Shown: positions 10,801-20,245, counted from the stretch's first letter. The stretch: DNA of 64,000 nucleotides from Thermoflexus hugenholtzii JAD2 (GCA_945907765.1 CAMDTO010000001.1:28083-92082), one strand, 5' to 3'. Program-made: numbers and translations. The notes: generated by a model not told the origin, from the sequence alone.

Positions 10801-11115
10801 GAGGCGCCTGGTAGTGCCGGGGCTGATGCCGATGGTGGTTCGGAATCTCGTCCGGGTCGGCGTGCCCGCCGAAGTAGCGCGGTAGCAGACGACTCGCTTG
10901 TTGGACGCCTCGAAAGTGGTGACCGGCTGGTCCGGCGCGGCCTCGTTGCCCAGTCGCTCAAAATGATCGTGAACACGCCGGGAACCGATGCCTCGATTGT
11001 GGCTGACGTCCCCGTCGTCATTGACCTGACGCCACCACGGACTGCCCGGGGACGCCGCCGGGCCATCATCCCGGTGCGTCGGCGAGACCGCCCACCCGGA
11101 GCTCCCCGTGCCTAG
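7864..11115 (+). CDS. helY: Ski2/HelY-like DEAD/DEAH-box RNA helicase
   Basis: 'APTGTGKT', 'PIKALSNQK', 'DEVH', 'SAT', 'HHAG', 'ATETLALGVNMPA', 'GRAGRRG', 'HPCHKC', DSHCT-like C-terminus with 'SEGDL'. Confidence 0.9.
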   Translation: MTTRDTDSDHNIPAPSPLTDEPFDIPGPATVDLPEEIAGDGETSPVVVAPVRRRRTARVAAAVRSDLVDGFARRYPFPLDQFQLEAMQALSADRSVLVAAPTGTGKTVIAEFGVELARSKGMRAIYTAPIKALSNQKFHDWRATYGDAVGLLTGDVTENASGDVLVMTTEVLRNMVLRSPEAFGDTAVVIFDEVHFLADPDRGTTWEEAILNCPPHVQLVCLSATVSNAAEIARWIGRVHRETILVEHSTRAVPIDHLYIHDDRIWPLVDATGRLHEPLRVGGETRTPRPMGMGRGARPKELPRPRDVLAILGENQMLPVIYFLFGRRACEVAGASCDRLDLGGDAVTRRRRTERVRQTMEALGPEDRTLAQVRDLTHLLERGMAFHHAGVLPVLKQLVEGLFSEGLLGAVFATETLALGVNMPARSVVIAEHTKYDGVSRRVLLPNEYSQLSGRAGRRGKDERGFAVSLYSPWTTCAEVQELIGADLLPVRSAFTPRYHTVVSLWDGTRTGRERLQRLFASSLRQFQTDDALQEAMAEVEDLRAEADERHYVCPVPDVDDDAIVDYTALRRDVAEAHRQVERARITVAGAARDAGHLPWNPPSPVAVKRAVQGFTGGEVVYLSNWRATVARDASSDGEPVPATTAGGAWSVFLRRDGSGPGIFVAEGQVVQVRQWSVVTRLASGRDGISRVVVPPDLVDAQPQTDARTVVDPMGWARFEASIAALELPDLARFEADRRARQQDLTERLVTPHVTREESLQRRMGGHPCHKCPHRSAHDRAWRREREALRSVIEAEAHAALIETEASTQATRTLDAIVSVLGRFGALTPARAGLAQPTDIAVGLRSLYDPNGLLLLNAARRGWLDALTPTDLMELISWFCYDRDTVRYNRYWLSAVMSEVRNRLDELGAEMVQAEQRVGLAITSGLNRSFHGVLTAWCRGETFGELLDSVGVSEGDLLLTMNKTLDLASQMREALRSLTEAPGSAGADADGGSESRPGRRARRSSAVADDSLVGRLESGDRLVRRGLVAQSLKMIVNTPGTDASIVADVPVVIDLTPPRTARGRRRAIIPVRRRDRPPGAPRA

Positions 11116-11129
11116 CCCCCATGCAGGTC

Positions 11130-12653
11130 CTACTGGCTTGCCGTCACCCCGTTGATCGCGGGATAGAGGCCGATATAACGCCGGAACAGTTCGTCGTAGA
11201 TTTCGCGGCTGGCAGGGTCGGGGTGGACGGTTTGCCCAAGGTGGACCATTGCGTCACCTGCGACAGACAGGTCCGGGAAGTCGCCAACCCCGACGGCACC
11301 GAGCATGGCGCTGCCAAGCACGCCATTCTCAGTCGTTGCGCATGGGCGGAAGTCGAGGCCTGTCAGGTCGGCCTTTATCTGGTTCCATAGGTGGGCACGT
11401 GCCCCGCCCCCGGCTACCCGGACCTCTCGGATTGGTGTGTGCCCGTATTGGACCGCGTACTCCAGAATGTGTCGCACTGAACAAGCGACACCTTCAAGGA
11501 CCGCCCGAATGAGGTGCCCGGGTTCGCTACTGATCGAGAGACCAGTGAACGCACCACGGGCATGGGGGTTCCAGATGGGTGCGCGCTCACCCTCGAGATA
11601 GGGAAGGAAGGTCAGTCCTCCGGCGCCGGGCTCAACCGTTGCCGCCAGGGCGAGGGCGGCCGCTTGCCGTGCGTCCGGAGAGGTGTCTTCCACAGGAACG
11701 TTCACGGTGCGCATGATCCAGCCAAGGGATGCGCCACTTGCTTGGGTCGGCCCGTACAGGATCCATCGGCCGGTATCGACAATTCGGGCCGTCATCAGGG
11801 GGCCGGTATCTTGCGCCTCGGATGGGACCGTGACCCCAGTCACCTCGGATGTGCCGGAGACGTCACACGCCGTTCCGGGATGACCGAAGGCGCCGGATCC
11901 AAGCATGGCGGCCATCGCATCGGACCACCCGCACACGACCCGTAGCCCCGTTGGCAGTCCGGTGGCACGTGCGACGTCGGCGGTGATCGTCCCGACGACG
12001 TCGCGTGGTGTGCCGGCGACCGGGACAGACTCTGGAGGGAGATCCCCCAGATCACGCATCCCGCTGATCGGATGCAGGGTTCCTTGGTGGACCAGACCCT
12101 TTGCCGACCAGGCATCGGTGCGCATTGTTCCGGTCAGGACGAAGTGCACGTAGTCCTTGGGCAGAAGGATGTGCGCCAAGCGGGCAATCGTGTCGGGTTC
12201 GTGCCGTGCAAGCCACCGGCCTCGGGCGAGCGGCCACGACGCATCGACCGGCCACCGCATGCCGAGGAGGTCATCCAGTGCGACCGATCCCGCAGCTTTC
12301 GACAACGCGGCGGCTTCGGCCGCGGCCCTGGTGTCCTGCCAAAGGATTGCCGGCCGGATTGGCTTGTGGTCGCGGTCCAGAAGGACGAGTGTTGGTGCCT
12401 GACCTGAACTGCACAGGGACGCAATCCGCGATGGGTCAGCGTGGGGCGAAGCGACGAGTTCACGGATGCACTGGATGGCCGCTGATGCGTAGTCTGCGGG
12501 ATCTTGTTCCGACCACCCTGGACGGGGCCTCGACACGCCATACGACACGCTCGCAGTCGCGAGGAATGTGCCGGTTGCATCGATTAACGCACCCTTCAGG
12601 GAGGTCGTGCCGACGTCCAGACCAATGTACTGAGGGGTGGTATTTGCGCTCAC
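11130..12653 (-). CDS. FGGY-family carbohydrate kinase (xylulokinase-like)
   Basis: 'IGLDVGTTSLK', 'GWSEQDP', 'ILWQDTR', 'FLPYLEGERAP', 'RAVLEGV', 'GGGAR'. Confidence 0.9.
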   Translation of the reverse strand: MSANTTPQYIGLDVGTTSLKGALIDATGTFLATASVSYGVSRPRPGWSEQDPADYASAAIQCIRELVASPHADPSRIASLCSSGQAPTLVLLDRDHKPIRPAILWQDTRAAAEAAALSKAAGSVALDDLLGMRWPVDASWPLARGRWLARHEPDTIARLAHILLPKDYVHFVLTGTMRTDAWSAKGLVHQGTLHPISGMRDLGDLPPESVPVAGTPRDVVGTITADVARATGLPTGLRVVCGWSDAMAAMLGSGAFGHPGTACDVSGTSEVTGVTVPSEAQDTGPLMTARIVDTGRWILYGPTQASGASLGWIMRTVNVPVEDTSPDARQAAALALAATVEPGAGGLTFLPYLEGERAPIWNPHARGAFTGLSISSEPGHLIRAVLEGVACSVRHILEYAVQYGHTPIREVRVAGGGARAHLWNQIKADLTGLDFRPCATTENGVLGSAMLGAVGVGDFPDLSVAGDAMVHLGQTVHPDPASREIYDELFRRYIGLYPAINGVTASQ

Positions 12654-12787
12654 GGCCGCAGGATACCGTGACCCGCCCGCCGCAACACCTCAGAGTGGGA
12701 GGTCACAGCTGCGAGATTCCCGGGATTCCAAAGGGACACGCGGGTTCAAAGCGAGGCGCGTTGAACCCTAACCGTCATGGGCAGGGG

Positions 12788-14017
12788 TCAGACGGTAAGA
12801 AGCTGCTCGCGTTCGGCGTTGCTTACCTGACGCTGTGAGCGGATCATGTCCATCAGTTGTCGTCGAATCCGGATATCGCCGATGAGTGCAGCCCCGGCGA
12901 GGCGTCCTTCGTGGAAGAACAGGCGACGGTAGACGCCTCGTTCCTCGTTCATGCGTCCCAGCGCTTCCATCGTCGGAACCGACTCGGGCATGATGCCAAT
13001 GGCGGCCATCTGGCTGTCGAACATCGTGCTGGTGTAGTAGGGCACCTCACGGTACTCCTGACGCGCGCCCAGCATGTTCGCGCCGGCGGTCTTGCCGTGT
13101 GAACCGGCGTTGTTCCACGTTCCCATCTGGTTATGGGTCCCGATTGAGACGTCGAAGAACTCGGCAACGTCGCCAGCGGCATAGATGTTCGGCACCGAAG
13201 TTTCAAGGAACTCGTTCGTGACAATCCCACGATTGACCTTCACGCCGGTGTCCCGCAGGCACTCGGTCCGCATGCGAAGACCGAGGCCCGCACCGAGGAG
13301 GTCGCAATCCATGGTTACACCTGAACTGCAGTTGACAGACGTGATTTCGCCATCTTCGCCGGCATTCACGCCAGTGATTTCGTCGCCGTAGACTGTTTCG
13401 ACGCCGACTGCCTTGGCAAGCTTGTCTACGAAGGCGCCACCTTCGGCATCAAGGATCCGGTGCAGGAACCGTGTGCCTCTGATCATCCAGGTAGTGCGTA
13501 CACCGTGGTGACGGAAGCCTTCAGTCAGTTCGTAGGCGATGAAACTGCCTCCGGTGACAATCGCATGCTTCGACTTCCGGATGCGGCCGAGGATTGTCGT
13601 GGTGTCGTCAAGGGTCTGGAAGTGATAAATCCCCTTGGTGTGATGCGCGCCATCGACATCCAGGAGGTTTGGCGTTCCACCCGTCGCCACAAGGAGGCGG
13701 TCGTAGGTGAATTCGCCGTGGGTATCGGTTTCGATGAGCTGTCGCTCGGGGTCGATCCGCACCACCGTCGTATTCAGGAGCAGTTCGACGTTGTTCTCTG
13801 AGTGCCAAGCGACCGACTTGATGAACGTGCGCTCAGGGGCGGTGATGCCCTTGAGTACTTTTGGAAGGGCGACCCGGTTGTACAGGGGGTGGGGTTCATC
13901 GCCGATCAGAATGATGCGCGCGGTGGCATCGCCCTTGCGGATCGTGTCCGCCGCGGTCGTTCCGGCGACACCGTTGCCGATGATCACGAAGTTCCGGGGT
14001 GCGTCGGTCTCTCCCAC
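12788..14017 (-). CDS. NAD(P)/FAD-dependent oxidoreductase (rubredoxin/ferredoxin reductase-like)
   Basis: 'VIIGNGVAG', 'YNRVALP', 'LLVATGG', 'YAAGDVA'; GTG 14017 chosen over the longer ORF start because it precedes the Rossmann motif and lies 7 nt after TATCCT. Confidence 0.88.
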   Translation of the reverse strand: MGETDAPRNFVIIGNGVAGTTAADTIRKGDATARIILIGDEPHPLYNRVALPKVLKGITAPERTFIKSVAWHSENNVELLLNTTVVRIDPERQLIETDTHGEFTYDRLLVATGGTPNLLDVDGAHHTKGIYHFQTLDDTTTILGRIRKSKHAIVTGGSFIAYELTEGFRHHGVRTTWMIRGTRFLHRILDAEGGAFVDKLAKAVGVETVYGDEITGVNAGEDGEITSVNCSSGVTMDCDLLGAGLGLRMRTECLRDTGVKVNRGIVTNEFLETSVPNIYAAGDVAEFFDVSIGTHNQMGTWNNAGSHGKTAGANMLGARQEYREVPYYTSTMFDSQMAAIGIMPESVPTMEALGRMNEERGVYRRLFFHEGRLAGAALIGDIRIRRQLMDMIRSQRQVSNAEREQLLTV

Positions 14018-14294
14018 TTCGACAAGGATACCGCAGTGCCGGACGGTTTCAGCCGGGTGGTGCGTCCGGGGGCAGGCGTCGAGAAGCGGACATCGAGGTC
14101 TCCGGACCGCCCAAGGCTGCTCCTTAGTACCCATTGCGCCGGTTCCGAGGCTTTGCGTGGACGGCCGCGCGATTCCGGCCATGGCTTTGGTGCAATCCCC
14201 TTTCTTCACTGACTGTGCGACTGATGAGTTGGGTGACCTCGGGAGTTCGTTACACTCAGGCAGGCGCATCAAGCATGCGGAGAGGCGGTGATTG

Positions 14295-14519
14295 ATGGAG
14301 AAGGAACACGGGCCCGCTCACTCGCGGGAGATTGCCATGGAGGCACTCGCTCACGTGACGGAACGTCTCGATCACGCGATCACCCTCCTTGCCGATTCAG
14401 ATGTGGAGCAGGTTCAACGGGCCTACGAAGTCACCAAGGAGTGCACCGAGCAATTGGCGCGTTCGATGTGGTTTCTTCGTCGGTCGGCACGGGTGGACCA
14501 AGACGCATCGGCGTCTTGA
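14295..14519 (+). CDS. Small helical hypothetical protein
   Basis: GGAGAGG SD, 74 codons, amphipathic pattern, co-oriented ahead of the kinase-pyrF run. Confidence 0.6.
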   Translation: MEKEHGPAHSREIAMEALAHVTERLDHAITLLADSDVEQVQRAYEVTKECTEQLARSMWFLRRSARVDQDASAS

Positions 14520-14545
14520 CGGCCGCGACCCCGTAGCGTCGCCCG

Positions 14546-15253
14546 ATGTCAAACACGTTCTCGTCCCGGTTGGACGCTACCGCTGTGCCACCCCTGTCGG
14601 CGCGCGTTGCCTCGGTTCTAGGGTTTGTGGACGCCCCCGGCACGGCGCCGACCGCGATGTTCCGGGCCCTAGTCTCATTGGCAGGATTGCCCGGTTCGGG
14701 CAAGTCGCACCTCGCGCGTGAGCTTCATGATGAAACGCAGGCTGTCGTGGTCCGGACCGATGAAGTCAGGAAGGTGCTCTTCCCTGTCCCAACCTATTCC
14801 CGTGACGAAAGCATTGCGGTGTACCAGACCTGTTTCGCGGTGGTGAGGGCGCTCCTTCGCGATGGGTATGCAGTGATATTCGACGGTACGAATGGTCGCA
14901 GGACGGGCCGGCGGAGGCTCTCGACGATTGCGCGCGAGACCGGCGCCACGCACCTGCTGGTACGCGTCATGGCTGATGATGAGGTGATCCGGCGTCGGAT
15001 GATCGAGCGCCAAGCCGGGCGCGCACCGTCATTTTCTTCCGAGGCAGGTTGGGACATCCATCAATTGATGGCCGCTTCGGAGGATTACGGTGGGCATTTC
15101 GACGTGGTGGTTGATACCGGATCGGACGCCTCGCGCGCGGTCAACGCGATTAGCCGTTTCCTCAGGGGTGATCGAGGTGGTCTTGATGGTGTTGGAACGC
15201 CGGACGGTGGACGGATGTCCGGAACTGGAATGCGGGGAAGGAAGTTGACATGA
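14546..15253 (+). CDS. P-loop kinase (AAA_33 family)
   Basis: 'GLPGSGKS', 'RTDEVRK', 'VIFDGTN'; stop overlaps pyrF start (ATGA). Confidence 0.85.
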   Translation: MSNTFSSRLDATAVPPLSARVASVLGFVDAPGTAPTAMFRALVSLAGLPGSGKSHLARELHDETQAVVVRTDEVRKVLFPVPTYSRDESIAVYQTCFAVVRALLRDGYAVIFDGTNGRRTGRRRLSTIARETGATHLLVRVMADDEVIRRRMIERQAGRAPSFSSEAGWDIHQLMAASEDYGGHFDVVVDTGSDASRAVNAISRFLRGDRGGLDGVGTPDGGRMSGTGMRGRKLT

Positions 15254-16095
15254 CGACATACATGGAGCGTCTGGCGCAGGCGTCGCGGGAGAATGAAAGT
15301 CTCCTGTGTGTCGGTCTTGATCCGGAACCGCACCGGATCCCCGACCACTTCCGAGGCTTGCCGGCACATGAGGCGATTCTGGCATTCAACAAGGAACTGA
15401 TTGATGCCACCTGCGATCTGGTGGCGGCGTACAAGCCGAACCTTGCCTTCTATGAGGCGCTCGGTCCGGAAGGCATGGAAACCCTTCGGGCGACGGTGCG
15501 ACACGTGCCGAATGGTGTGCCGGTGATCGCTGATGCGAAGCGTGGTGACATCGACCACACAATGCGCCTGTACGCGACGGCGGTGTTTGACGTGTACGGT
15601 TTCGATGCGGTGACTGCCAGCCCGTATCTTGGACGAGACGCATTGCTTCCGTTCCTTGACCGGGCTGACCGGGGAACGTACATACTTTGCAGGACCTCCA
15701 ACCCCGGTGCCTCGGACATTGCCGAACTGGACGTTGGAGGAGATCCACTCTATCTGCGTGTGGCCGAACGGGTACCGACATGGACATCGCACGCGAACAT
15801 TGGACTGGTCGTCGGGGCGACGGCTCCGACACAACTGGCGCGGGTTCGCGCGGTGGCGCCGGGCGTACCGATCCTGCTGCCGGGCGTGGGCGCGCAGGGC
15901 GGCGATCTGGAGGCATCGGTAGCGGCGGGTCTGGACCTGACGGGGGACGGGCTGTTGGTAGTGGTCGCCAGACAGGTCATGTACGCCTCAAGCGGGTTGC
16001 GGTTCGCGGAGGACGCGCGGACAGCGGCGCGGGAAATCCGGGATCGGATCAACGTCGCCCGGTTGACCGCGATCGACGCTCGTCGCGGGAGATAG
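15250..16095 (+). CDS. pyrF: Orotidine-5'-phosphate decarboxylase
   Basis: 'LCVGLDP', 'YKPNLAFYE', 'DAKRGDI', 'RTSNPG', 'GLVVGAT', 'PGVGAQGG'. Confidence 0.96.
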   Translation: MTTYMERLAQASRENESLLCVGLDPEPHRIPDHFRGLPAHEAILAFNKELIDATCDLVAAYKPNLAFYEALGPEGMETLRATVRHVPNGVPVIADAKRGDIDHTMRLYATAVFDVYGFDAVTASPYLGRDALLPFLDRADRGTYILCRTSNPGASDIAELDVGGDPLYLRVAERVPTWTSHANIGLVVGATAPTQLARVRAVAPGVPILLPGVGAQGGDLEASVAAGLDLTGDGLLVVVARQVMYASSGLRFAEDARTAAREIRDRINVARLTAIDARRGR

Positions 16096-16163
16096 TCCCG
16101 GTACCGGTGATTGATGCGGCAGCACTTGATGCAACGCCTCGCGCGCCTCGGTATGACCCGTCG

Positions 16164-16370
16164 GTGCCAATGGCATTCCAGTTGGATGATCTGGTGCGCC
16201 TGAAGAAGGCTCATCCGTGCGGCGGGACCGATTGGGTTGTATTCCGCCTAGGGGCGGACATTGGTCTGCGGTGCGGCACATGCGGCCATCGCGTCCTGGT
16301 TCCCCGACGCGAACTGGAACGGCGGGTCGTACGTCTTCTCAGGCCGGGAGACGCCGGGTCAAACGCTTGA
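16164..16370 (+). CDS. DUF951 family protein
   Basis: 'VRLKKAHPCGG', 'RLGADIGLRCGTCGHRVL'; start is GTG 16164 or ATG 16170. Confidence 0.85.
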   Translation: MPMAFQLDDLVRLKKAHPCGGTDWVVFRLGADIGLRCGTCGHRVLVPRRELERRVVRLLRPGDAGSNA

Positions 16371-17276
16371 TCAGATGGTTCGGGGCATCAGCCCAAGAAA
16401 CGCGATCAAGAGAAGCCCGGCCAGGGTGATCACCCCGTATTCCAGAGTGACCCGCATGCGTAGCCTTGCGTGCAACGCATACGTGAGGATGCCGGTGACA
16501 AAGTAGTAGACGGCGAGGAGAAATGCCCCTCCCTGCAGGCCGTTGAGCGGCCAGTAGTTCAGCGCCCATGTCACTTCGCCGACACCGATCCCCGTCACGG
16601 ACGCATAGAGGATTGTCCGACGCCACGACGGTGCAAGGGTCCTGAAGCGGCCGCTCGCGGTCAGATCCGGGGCCCTCACGACCGGGAACCGCCCACTCAT
16701 GCGAAGGCGTTCGGGCACGCTCAGGGTAGTGATGTCCACCGTTGGTGTCGGTTCCGGCGTACGGTCGGGGAACGCCACCTGGGTCAATCGGAGGTGACGT
16801 GCGCTCAGAAGGATCGTGACCGCAACGATTGCGGTCGCCGAAAACAGGCTGCGTGTTCGCGTCTGGTAAATCGCGCCGTACAAGACGAAGGCGGCGATGT
16901 ACCCGGCGAGGGCGAGAACTGTCTCGCCGTAGTCTCGCCGGAGGACCTGCCTCGTGAGCGCCCACTCAGTCCAGAGGACCGCGAACGTCAAGGCGCCGAA
17001 CCCGCCGAGGCCGAAGACAAACTGGGCGCCCGTCGGAAGCAGTGGCAGGAAGAAGAGGGCGCCGAAGACTAACGCGCTTGGCAGGATGAACTGCTCTACC
17101 GTGGATCCCCGCCGTGCCTCACCGCGAAGGATCAGGTCCAACCCGGCAGATACCGTGATGACGATGGCGAACGCGAGGCCGAGCAGTGGCAAACCGGTTG
17201 CGCCGACGCTCAGCGCAACGCCAAGGACAACCACGGCAACGACGACGGTGATCTTTTCAAGCGTCTGGATCGACAT
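16371..17276 (-). CDS. Polytopic membrane protein (DUF5656-like)
   Basis: Many hydrophobic segments; 'ILPSAL', 'WALNYWP', 'EYGV'; family call from recall only. Confidence 0.65.
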   Translation of the reverse strand: MSIQTLEKITVVVAVVVLGVALSVGATGLPLLGLAFAIVITVSAGLDLILRGEARRGSTVEQFILPSALVFGALFFLPLLPTGAQFVFGLGGFGALTFAVLWTEWALTRQVLRRDYGETVLALAGYIAAFVLYGAIYQTRTRSLFSATAIVAVTILLSARHLRLTQVAFPDRTPEPTPTVDITTLSVPERLRMSGRFPVVRAPDLTASGRFRTLAPSWRRTILYASVTGIGVGEVTWALNYWPLNGLQGGAFLLAVYYFVTGILTYALHARLRMRVTLEYGVITLAGLLLIAFLGLMPRTI

Positions 17277-17460
17277 CGTGATCCATGGAAGGGTATCTGG
17301 CAGATGCGTGCGTTGTCCGTCACGACGCTTCACGTGGCGGTGCTACACTCGCGACGGTCGGGGGGATGCACCTCGATCATGCTGCAGTCGGACCGGATGT
17401 GACCCGCCAGCCAGCTGCGTGTGGCCGTCATGCCAGGTGATTCCGGCGAGGGGTTCGCGC

Positions 17461-17991
17461 GTGAGTAACGTGGTTCTCGTCCTGAACCTGAACTACGAGC
17501 CTTTGAATATCTGTGGTCTGGGCCGTGCAGTTGCCCTCGTTGGTGCGGGGAAGGCCGAGATCCTTGCTTCAGGAATGGAGGACATCCGGACGTCGCGCGC
17601 AGTGTTCCCGCGCCCCAGAGTGATCAAGTTGCAGTATTTGGTCCGGCGACCTCGGGCGCAGGTGAGGCTGACCCGCCGCGAGGTCTTCATCCGTGATGAC
17701 TACACCTGCCAGTACTGCGGCCTGAGAGGTCGGGAACTGACCTTGGACCATGTGGTTCCCCGCCATCTTGGCGGTCGCCACGTCTGGGACAACCTGGTAA
17801 GTGCCTGTCGGCCCTGCAATCATCGCAAGGGTGGAAAGCGTCTTGATGAGACGCGGATGCGCCTGGCGCGCCCTCCACGACGTCCTCCGGCCACGCAGTA
17901 TTTCACCGGCGTGCAGCGGCAGAACCGTGAAGAGGCTGAAGCGTGGGCGCCGTACCTGCCCGCGCTTGAGGTCACGCTGCCTGGCATGTAG
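17461..17991 (+). CDS. HNH endonuclease (McrA-like, standalone)
   Basis: 'VLVLNLNYEPL', 'RDDYTCQYCG', 'LTLDHVVPR', 'WDNLVSACRPCNHRKG'; GTG start. Confidence 0.92.
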   Translation: MSNVVLVLNLNYEPLNICGLGRAVALVGAGKAEILASGMEDIRTSRAVFPRPRVIKLQYLVRRPRAQVRLTRREVFIRDDYTCQYCGLRGRELTLDHVVPRHLGGRHVWDNLVSACRPCNHRKGGKRLDETRMRLARPPRRPPATQYFTGVQRQNREEAEAWAPYLPALEVTLPGM

Positions 17992-18007
17992 TCCCATCGC
18001 GCAGCCT

Positions 18008-18580
18008 TCATGAGCGCAAGGTTCCGGCGGACACCAATGACGACGGGTCAGCGTACCGGTCACGGGTTGCTGCAACGACACCTGAAACATGGTTGGCGGT
18101 GAACCGCTTGAGGAACCTCGCGCCAAACCAGAAGCAGAGGCCCAAGACGCAAATCACCCACCATGCCGGTGCGAAGTCGCGCGTCCATGCCCACCCCCCA
18201 AGGGCAAGCAGGAACATTGCAAACCACCGGACCAGTCCGGTCGCGAATCCCAGGATCATCGACATGCGGTCGCTTGCCCGTATCGACCATTCGATCACAC
18301 GGGTGGCGAGCACGGTGATGATGGTTGGCTTCTCGCCTGCCGTGGATTCAGCAGCCGCAATCCACTCCAGCCATTGCCTTATCGGCCGGCCGTCAAACAC
18401 GAACCGGTCCCTGAGCGCGGCATAGAAGAGGTACCGGCGTGCCTTGACGCGCTCGAACGCGAGGTCTCCACCGTCCGTGTCTTCAGCGATCCGGTCAAGG
18501 GCGCGTTCCTCGTCGGACGAAAGGAAGACGCGTTGCACGGTCAATTCGTCCTTGAGGATCTCGATCAGCGGTGACGTCAC
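18008..18580 (-). CDS. Hypothetical membrane protein
   Basis: GGGAGG SD before GTG 18580; soluble N-terminal half followed by 2-3 hydrophobic segments. Confidence 0.6.
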   Translation of the reverse strand: MTSPLIEILKDELTVQRVFLSSDEERALDRIAEDTDGGDLAFERVKARRYLFYAALRDRFVFDGRPIRQWLEWIAAAESTAGEKPTIITVLATRVIEWSIRASDRMSMILGFATGLVRWFAMFLLALGGWAWTRDFAPAWWVICVLGLCFWFGARFLKRFTANHVSGVVAATRDRYADPSSLVSAGTLRS

Positions 18581-18704
18581 GCCATGTCCCTCCCGCAAAG
18601 TGTATGCCGCATCACCGCGGGAAGGTTCCCTGCGTTCCCCTCCGGTGGATACCACCGGGTGCTAACCTTTGCTAGGATATCGCCAGTTACTTGGGAGATC
18701 AGGC

Positions 18705-19088
18705 ATGACTACGACCGCTACCGAACAACCGTTGGTGACGCTCAGTGAAAAGGCGACCAGTGAACTGCGTCGGCTCATTGTGGCTGAGGAACGCGACGAC
18801 ATTGGCTTGAGGGTCTTTGTGTCTCCAGGCGGCTGTTCCGGTCTTTCCTACGGAATGGCGCTGGAGGAACAGTCTGATGACGGTGACTTCGTCGTCAACT
18901 ATGCTGGCATGCAGGTCTTCGTTGACGAGTTCAGCGCGAGTTTCGTCAAGGGTTCCCAGATCGACTTCGTAGCGGGTCTGATGGGTGCAGGCTTTACTGT
19001 TCAAAATCCTAATGCGAAGAAGAGTTGCGCCTGCGGCCAGTCGTTTGACACCGGCGAGAATGCCGAGACGGCCCAGAAGTGCAGTTAG
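18705..19088 (+). CDS. Fe-S cluster assembly A-type carrier (HesB/IscA/ErpA family)
   Basis: 'GGCSGLSY', 'NPNA', 'CACGQSF'; GGGAG SD. Confidence 0.95.
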   Translation: MTTTATEQPLVTLSEKATSELRRLIVAEERDDIGLRVFVSPGGCSGLSYGMALEEQSDDGDFVVNYAGMQVFVDEFSASFVKGSQIDFVAGLMGAGFTVQNPNAKKSCACGQSFDTGENAETAQKCS

Positions 19089-19107
19089 GCGCCCGAAGGG
19101 CGCCTGA
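19085..19107 (+). terminator. GC-rich hairpin after iscA-like gene
   Basis: AGGCGCCC-GAA-GGGCGCCT, no U-tract. Confidence 0.4.
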
Positions 19108-19108
19108 C

Positions 19109-20161
19109 ATGCCATCCCAGTCTGACCGGCGCGATGCCCCGGTATCCATAGATGTCCGCGACCTGTCCAAGCACTATGAGGTCCACCGCAAGTCCCCCGG
19201 GGTCTTGGGGTCGCTTCGAGGTCTTGTTTCAAGGACGAACGACACGGTCCGGGCCGTCGATGGGGTCTCGTTCCAGATTGCCGAGGGAGAGATCGTTGGT
19301 TTCCTAGGCCCGAATGGGGCAGGCAAGACGACGACCCTGAAACTCCTGTCCGGACTCCTCCACCCGACTGCCGGCCAGGCGACTGTGCTTGGCTTTGATC
19401 CTTGGAAACGGGACCACGCATTCCTGCGTCAACTTTCACTGGTCATGGGACAGAAAAACCAGTTGTGGTGGGATATCCCGGCGATGGAGACATTCCTCTT
19501 GAACCGCGAAATCTATGAGATCCCCGAACCGGTCTTTCGGGAAACGTTGACCGAGCTCATCGATCTTCTGGATTTGGGCCGCATCCTTCATGTGCAGGTC
19601 AGGAGGCTTTCGCTTGGCGAGCGCATGAAGTGCGAACTCGCGGCCGCGCTCCTGCACCGCCCTCGTGTCCTCTTCCTAGACGAGCCCACGATCGGTCTGG
19701 ATGTCGTGATGCAGAAGGCCATCCGGCAATTTGTTGACCACTACCGCCGTCGGTTCGGCGCCACGATTGTCCTGACATCGCACTACATGGATGACGTCAA
19801 GGAATTGTGTGAACGGATCATCATCATTGATCGAGGTCGGGTGATCTACGATGGCGCTCTGGCCGAAGTTTCTGCGGTGTATGCCGCCTACCGGGTGATT
19901 ACCGTGCGGTTTGAGCGAGAGGTGGGCAACGCCGACCTTGACGGCTTTGGCACCGTCGCGTCATTCGACGGTTTCACGGCAACCCTGCACATTCCCCGGA
20001 CCGAGGTCTCGACCCAGGCTGCTCGCCTGCTCGCGTCGTTGCCAGTCGCCGATGTCACTATTGAGGAACCGGCAATCGACGATGTCATCAGGCACGTATT
20101 CTCGGCGAGTGAACGCGAGCGCGACGCGAAATCCCGGGAGACCACGCCGGTTGGCTCGTAG
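19109..20161 (+). CDS. ABC-2 type exporter ATP-binding protein
   Basis: 'GPNGAGKTT', 'VMGQKNQLWWD', 'LSLGERM', 'LFLDEPTIGLD', 'TSH'. Confidence 0.92.
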   Translation: MPSQSDRRDAPVSIDVRDLSKHYEVHRKSPGVLGSLRGLVSRTNDTVRAVDGVSFQIAEGEIVGFLGPNGAGKTTTLKLLSGLLHPTAGQATVLGFDPWKRDHAFLRQLSLVMGQKNQLWWDIPAMETFLLNREIYEIPEPVFRETLTELIDLLDLGRILHVQVRRLSLGERMKCELAAALLHRPRVLFLDEPTIGLDVVMQKAIRQFVDHYRRRFGATIVLTSHYMDDVKELCERIIIIDRGRVIYDGALAEVSAVYAAYRVITVRFEREVGNADLDGFGTVASFDGFTATLHIPRTEVSTQAARLLASLPVADVTIEEPAIDDVIRHVFSASERERDAKSRETTPVGS

Positions 20162-20245
20162 ACTTTAACGAGAACGTACACCCCGATTGCGAATGCGCGG
20201 GGCCGTTCAACTCGGGGCGTGCTGGACGCCATGGAGGTTCAGGCG

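Noticed and set aside
7864..11115. Helicase as part of an anti-phage system
   Set aside because: Typical HelY/Ski2 architecture with metabolic neighbours and no defence partners
14220..14256. CTGATGAG as a hammerhead ribozyme core
   Set aside because: No GAAA after a stem II (CGTTAC instead) and no convincing flanking stems
17461..17991. HNH as an IscB/Cas9-like or homing nuclease
   Set aside because: Only 176 aa, no RuvC or PLMP motifs, no array or intron context
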